NCBI GenBank assembly: GCA_963811165.1
Contig: CAWEQH010000004.1
Location: 384,001-448,000, forward strand
Source: an uncultured Nitrospiraceae bacterium
GTDB lineage: Bacteria > Nitrospirota > Thermodesulfovibrionia > Thermodesulfovibrionales > UBA6898
Length of the DNA stretch: 64,000 nt
Reading direction: 5' to 3'
How positions within the stretch are numbered: the stretch's first letter is position 1; every line of letters starts with the position of its first letter. The position numbers and the translations under genes were made by a program. Under the pieces are notes generated by a model. That model ran no database searches, was not told the DNA's origin, and was given only the letters and a program-made list of their open reading frames with translations. Positions 59,329-64,000 of the stretch are shown piece by piece.

Positions 59329-59392
59329 TTGTTGTCTTCAGCGGAAATTGTCGTTCCTATGCGGATCCGCGCCGTTACTGGGTCTTCTGGGT

Positions 59393-59407
59393 TGGCACGC
59401 CTGTTGC
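59393..59407 (+). promoter_or_regulatory. sigma54 promoter of nifH
   Basis: TGGCACGCCTGTTGC matches the TGGCACG-N4-TTGC consensus. Confidence 0.92.
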
Positions 59408-59423
59408 TCAATAGCTGGTGTAA

Positions 59424-60287
<864 letters not shown>

Positions 60288-60430
60288 AAACGGTGAACAG
60301 TCAGCGTAAGGGAGTTAAATAAGATGAAAATTATCGGGTATACAGCAGTGAAGAGGATCTGTACCAGCAAAATCCGTGGTATTCACCATGGTCACTAACA
60401 CTCACCATACACTTATTGAGAGGAGGAAAG

Positions 60431-61858
60431 ATGAGCAATGCCATAAAAGACACTCAGAAAATGATAGAGGAAGTCCTCGATAAATATCCGGAGAAGGCGA
60501 GGAAGGAGAGGGCCAAACACCTTGCGGCAAATGATCCTACTGGAAAGTGCAGCACCTGTAAGGTGAAATCGAATGTGAAATCCAGGCCCGGTGTTATGAC
60601 GGTCCGCGGCTGCGCATACGCAGGCGCAAAGGGTGTTGTCTGGGGACCCGTAAAAGACCAGATAACGATCAGCCACGGCCCGGTCGGATGCGGACAGTAC
60701 AGTTGGTGGGCGAGGAGAAATTATTACAACGGAATAACGGGTGTAGACACATTCGGCACGATGCATATAACCACGGATTTCCAGGAGAAGGACATTGTCT
60801 ACGGAGGCGACAAGGGACTCGATGCGGCCCTTCATGAGCTGAAAGAACTCTTTCCTCTGGCAAAGGGCATCGGTATCCTTTCTGAATGCCCGGTAGGTCT
60901 TATCGGGGACGATATCGAGGCGGTATCGAAGAGGGTTGAGAAGGAATTCGGCATCCCGATAGTCCCTGTGCGCTGCGAAGGCTTCAGGGGAGTGAGCCAG
61001 TCTCTCGGCCATCATATTGCGAACGATACGATCAGGGACTATGTCTTGGGCAAGGGTAAACTCGAAAAATCTACGCCTTACGATGTGGCGCTCATCGGCG
61101 ATTACAACATAGGCGGGGACGCCTGGGCTTCGAGGAAGATGCTTGAAGAGATGGGGCTCAGGGTGATCGCGCAGTGGACCGGGGATGCATCCGTCAATGA
61201 GCTGGGCATAGCTACGAAGTCAAAGCTTAACCTGATCCACTGCTATCGCTCTATGAACTATATTTGCAGGCATATGGAAGAGGAGTACGGCATTCCTTGG
61301 GAGGAGTTCAATTTCTTCGGTCCCACGAAGATATATGCCAGTATAAGAAAGATCGCTTCCCATTTCGATGACCACATCAAGGAGAATGCGGAGAAGATGA
61401 TCGAAAAATACAAGCCGGTGATGGATGCGGTGATCGAGCAGTATAAGCCGAAACTCGAGGGCAAGAAGGTGATGCTCTATGTCGGAGGACTTAGGCCGCG
61501 GCATACCGTGGGCGCTTATGAAGATCTTGGAATGGAGATAATCGCCTCGGGATATGAATTCGGCCATAACGATGACTACAACAGGACCTATCCTGTGATG
61601 AAAGAGGGTGCCGTGATCATGGATGACGCCACCCTATATGAATTAGAGGAGTTCACGAGGAGGATGAAGCCCGATATGGTGGGCGCAGGGATAAAGGAAA
61701 AATATTCCTATCACAAAATGGGCGTGCCGTTCCGCCAGATGCATTCATGGGATTACTCGGGCCCTTACCACGGCTTCGACGGGTTCCCGGTCTTTGCCAG
61801 GGACATGGACATGACGGTCAACAACCCGTCGTGGAATTTGATACGGAGGAAGAAATGA
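60431..61858 (+). CDS. nifD: Nitrogenase MoFe protein alpha chain
   Basis: RGCAYAG, HGPVGC, SECP, SQSLGHH, HCYRS, GGLRPRH and QMHSWDY motifs. Confidence 0.99.
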   Translation: MSNAIKDTQKMIEEVLDKYPEKARKERAKHLAANDPTGKCSTCKVKSNVKSRPGVMTVRGCAYAGAKGVVWGPVKDQITISHGPVGCGQYSWWARRNYYNGITGVDTFGTMHITTDFQEKDIVYGGDKGLDAALHELKELFPLAKGIGILSECPVGLIGDDIEAVSKRVEKEFGIPIVPVRCEGFRGVSQSLGHHIANDTIRDYVLGKGKLEKSTPYDVALIGDYNIGGDAWASRKMLEEMGLRVIAQWTGDASVNELGIATKSKLNLIHCYRSMNYICRHMEEEYGIPWEEFNFFGPTKIYASIRKIASHFDDHIKENAEKMIEKYKPVMDAVIEQYKPKLEGKKVMLYVGGLRPRHTVGAYEDLGMEIIASGYEFGHNDDYNRTYPVMKEGAVIMDDATLYELEEFTRRMKPDMVGAGIKEKYSYHKMGVPFRQMHSWDYSGPYHGFDGFPVFARDMDMTVNNPSWNLIRRKK

Positions 61859-63369
61859 AAACGATAAAGATCAAAGACCATAATGAGCTCTTCCAGGAGA
61901 AGGAGTATCAGGACCAGTTCGAAAATAAAAGGGAGTTCGAGGCCCCCTGGCCGAAGGAAAAGGTGAGGGAGATCGCCGAATGGACGAAGACCCTTGAATA
62001 TCAGGAAAGGAACTTTGCCAGGAAGAATATAAAGATAAACCCTGCAAAGGCCTGCCAGCCCCTCGGGGCGATCTTCTGTTCGTCGGGTTTTGCCGGGACT
62101 ATGCCCTTTGTTCAGGGCGCGCAGGGCTGCGTGGCCTATTTCAGAAGCCATCTCAACAGGCACTTCAAAGAGCCGATGGCGGCCATCTCCTCTTCAATGA
62201 CGGAAGATGCGGCGGTATTTGGCGGGCTGAACAACATGCTCGAAGGGCTCGAAAACGCATATACACTCTATCACCCGAAGATGGTTGCGGTATGCACAAC
62301 CTGCATGGCCGAGGTGATCGGAGACGATCTGAACGCCTATATAAGGACGGCAAAGGAAAAAGAGCTGATACCGAAGGACCTGCCGGTCCCCTTTGCGCAT
62401 ACACCGAGCTTTGTCGGTTCGTACGTGAACGGTTACGACAATATGATGAAAGGTATCCTTTCTTCCGTCACCGCAGGCAAGAAGGGCGAACCTAATGGAA
62501 AGATCAACGTCATCATGGGATTCGATACCTACACCGGCGATTACCATGAGATAAAGAGGCTGCTTACGATTATGGGCGTGGATTTTACGCTTCTATCGGA
62601 CGCCAGCGCAATTTTCGATTCGCCCAATACAGGCGAGTATAAGCTCTATCCCGGCGGCACTCCGCTTGAGGACGCGATGGATTCGATAAACGCCAGCGCC
62701 ACCGTCGCCCTTCAGCAGTATTCGACGTTTAAGACGATGGATTACATCCAGAAGGAATGGAGCCAGAAGACGCTGGCGCTTTCGCCCATAGGAGTAAGGA
62801 ACACCGACTCCTTTTTTGAACAGGTGAGCAAGCTGACGGGAAGGCCGATACCCCAGGAGATAGAAGATGAACGCGGAAGGGCTGTCGATGCGATGGTCGA
62901 CTCGCACCCGTATATCCACGGAAAGAGGTTCGCCCTTGTGGGAGACCCGGACACGCTGTTGGGCCTTGTGAGTTTTCTGATGGAGATGGGCGGAACGCCT
63001 GTCCATATCGTCTGCTCAATGGGAGACAAGAAATTCGAAGAAGATATGCAGGCCCTCCTTGACTCAAGCCCTTTCGGAAGCGAGGCGAAGGTGTATTCGG
63101 GCAAGGACATGTGGCATTTGAGGTCGCTTATGTTTACCGACCCCGTGGACCTGCTCATAGGCAACTCGTATGCGAAATTTTTGTGGCGGGACACGGGTAC
63201 GCCGCTTGTGAGGATCGGGTTCCCGCTTTTCGACAGGCACCATCTGCACAGATATCCGATCATCGGCTATCAGGGCGTCTTAAATCTGGTGACCATGATC
63301 GTAAACACTGTCCTTGACGAGATGGACAGAAAGACGATGAATACCACGAGTTTTGATGTGATACGGTGA
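61855..63369 (+). CDS. nifK: Nitrogenase MoFe protein beta chain
   Basis: [27 protein letters not shown] and TPSF motifs. ATGA overlap with nifD. Confidence 0.99.
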   Translation: MKTIKIKDHNELFQEKEYQDQFENKREFEAPWPKEKVREIAEWTKTLEYQERNFARKNIKINPAKACQPLGAIFCSSGFAGTMPFVQGAQGCVAYFRSHLNRHFKEPMAAISSSMTEDAAVFGGLNNMLEGLENAYTLYHPKMVAVCTTCMAEVIGDDLNAYIRTAKEKELIPKDLPVPFAHTPSFVGSYVNGYDNMMKGILSSVTAGKKGEPNGKINVIMGFDTYTGDYHEIKRLLTIMGVDFTLLSDASAIFDSPNTGEYKLYPGGTPLEDAMDSINASATVALQQYSTFKTMDYIQKEWSQKTLALSPIGVRNTDSFFEQVSKLTGRPIPQEIEDERGRAVDAMVDSHPYIHGKRFALVGDPDTLLGLVSFLMEMGGTPVHIVCSMGDKKFEEDMQALLDSSPFGSEAKVYSGKDMWHLRSLMFTDPVDLLIGNSYAKFLWRDTGTPLVRIGFPLFDRHHLHRYPIIGYQGVLNLVTMIVNTVLDEMDRKTMNTTSFDVIR

Positions 63370-63429
63370 GCGAGGCAAACATTTTATGAGTGTACTGGAT
63401 GTGTATTTAGTATGTAAGTATTTAAGCCT

Positions 63430-63513
63430 GTCATTCCGGCAGTGTTTTGAGCCGGAATCCAGTGGTTGGCTTTTTAAAGTCGCTGGATGCCGGATTAAGT
63501 CCTCCGGCATGAC
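63430..63513. repeat. REP/MITE-like palindromic element between nifK and nifE
   Basis: GTCATTCCGG..CCGGAATCC..GGATGCCGG..CCGGCATGAC; same type as 33253-33380. Confidence 0.7.
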
Positions 63514-63554
63514 GACCAAAAACTTTATGAACAGACTCTAAATAGAGGTCAACG

Positions 63555-64000
63555 ATGATAACGCATATAGATAAACTGACAGAGCACGGATGCGCTGTCG
63601 AAAAAAAGGACAGGGTCTGCAGATCAAGAGGTGGGGAGTCGTGCGCCTTTGACGGGGCGATGATCGTGCTTCAGCCGATCGCCGACGCCGCCCATCTTAT
63701 CCACGGTCCGATAGCCTGCTGCGGCAACTCATGGGAAGGACGCGGCTCCCTGTCTTCAAGGGGCGTCCTCCACAAAATGGGTTTTACGACCGACATGTCT
63801 GAACTGGACGTTGTCTACGGCGCGGAGGACAAGCTCAAGAGGGCCATAGAAGAGACCGCTTCCTCGGTAATGCCGAAGGCCATCTTTGTATATGCCACAT
63901 GCGTAAGCGGGCTTATCGGCGAGGACATCGATTTGGTTTGCAAGGATGCACAGAGGAAACTTGGCATCCCGGTCATCCCTGTGAATGCCCCGGGCTTTGT
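63555..64000 (+). CDS. nifE: FeMo-cofactor scaffold protein NifE (5' part)
   Basis: SCAFDGA.IVLQPIADAAHLIHGPIAC, TTD.SE.D..YG and YATCV..LIGED. Runs off the window. Confidence 0.95.
   Translation, partial: MITHIDKLTEHGCAVEKKDRVCRSRGGESCAFDGAMIVLQPIADAAHLIHGPIACCGNSWEGRGSLSSRGVLHKMGFTTDMSELDVVYGAEDKLKRAIEETASSVMPKAIFVYATCVSGLIGEDIDLVCKDAQRKLGIPVIPVNAPGF

Noticed and set aside
60288..60430. Structured element between nifH and nifD
   Set aside because: Only short, weak complementarity (GGTGAA/TTCACC); not enough to call.
61747..61854. N-terminal extension of nifK in the ORF track
   Set aside because: It overlaps nifD. The ATG at 61855 has a GGAGG RBS and the usual ATGA coupling.

Overview
Bacterial chromosomal window, probably from an anaerobic Nitrospirota (Thermodesulfovibrionia-like) or Desulfobacterota organism; this is inferred from protein style only. 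It has five parts. (1) 1-8.6 kb is an AT-richer accessory patch: partial tatA, small ORFs, a HEPN-motif protein, a flavodoxin-like protein, an IS3 that splits a gene, DedA, hemerythrin, and two copies of an unannotated structured RNA-like element. (2) 8.7-21.4 kb is a core-like block: galT-like, glgA, a large HAMP/GAF/PAS kinase, a receiver, an rlmD-like gene, tatA, a DsbC-like gene, a radical SAM fusion and tRNA-Val(GAC). (3) 21.4-49.3 kb is a decayed accessory region that starts at a broken tyrosine integrase. It holds secreted proteins, PilZ proteins, a multiheme cytochrome, IS256, IS110 and IS1202-like elements, a nested MITE, a rearranged restriction-modification locus, a P-type ATPase and USPs. 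(4) 49.6-58.8 kb is a 14-gene arsenic/thiol-redox cluster ending in a minimal SufC/SufB (SMS-type) pair. (5) 59.4-64 kb is a sigma54/NifA-type nifH-nifD-nifK-nifE operon. The main findings are an intact IS110/IS1111 element whose 3' non-coding region visibly matches its own target and donor junctions (bridge-RNA architecture, with an apparent extra loop), a three-copy candidate sRNA family with C-rich loops, and a C-terminal domain shared by two unrelated secreted proteins. All calls come from reading the sequence; no searches were run.
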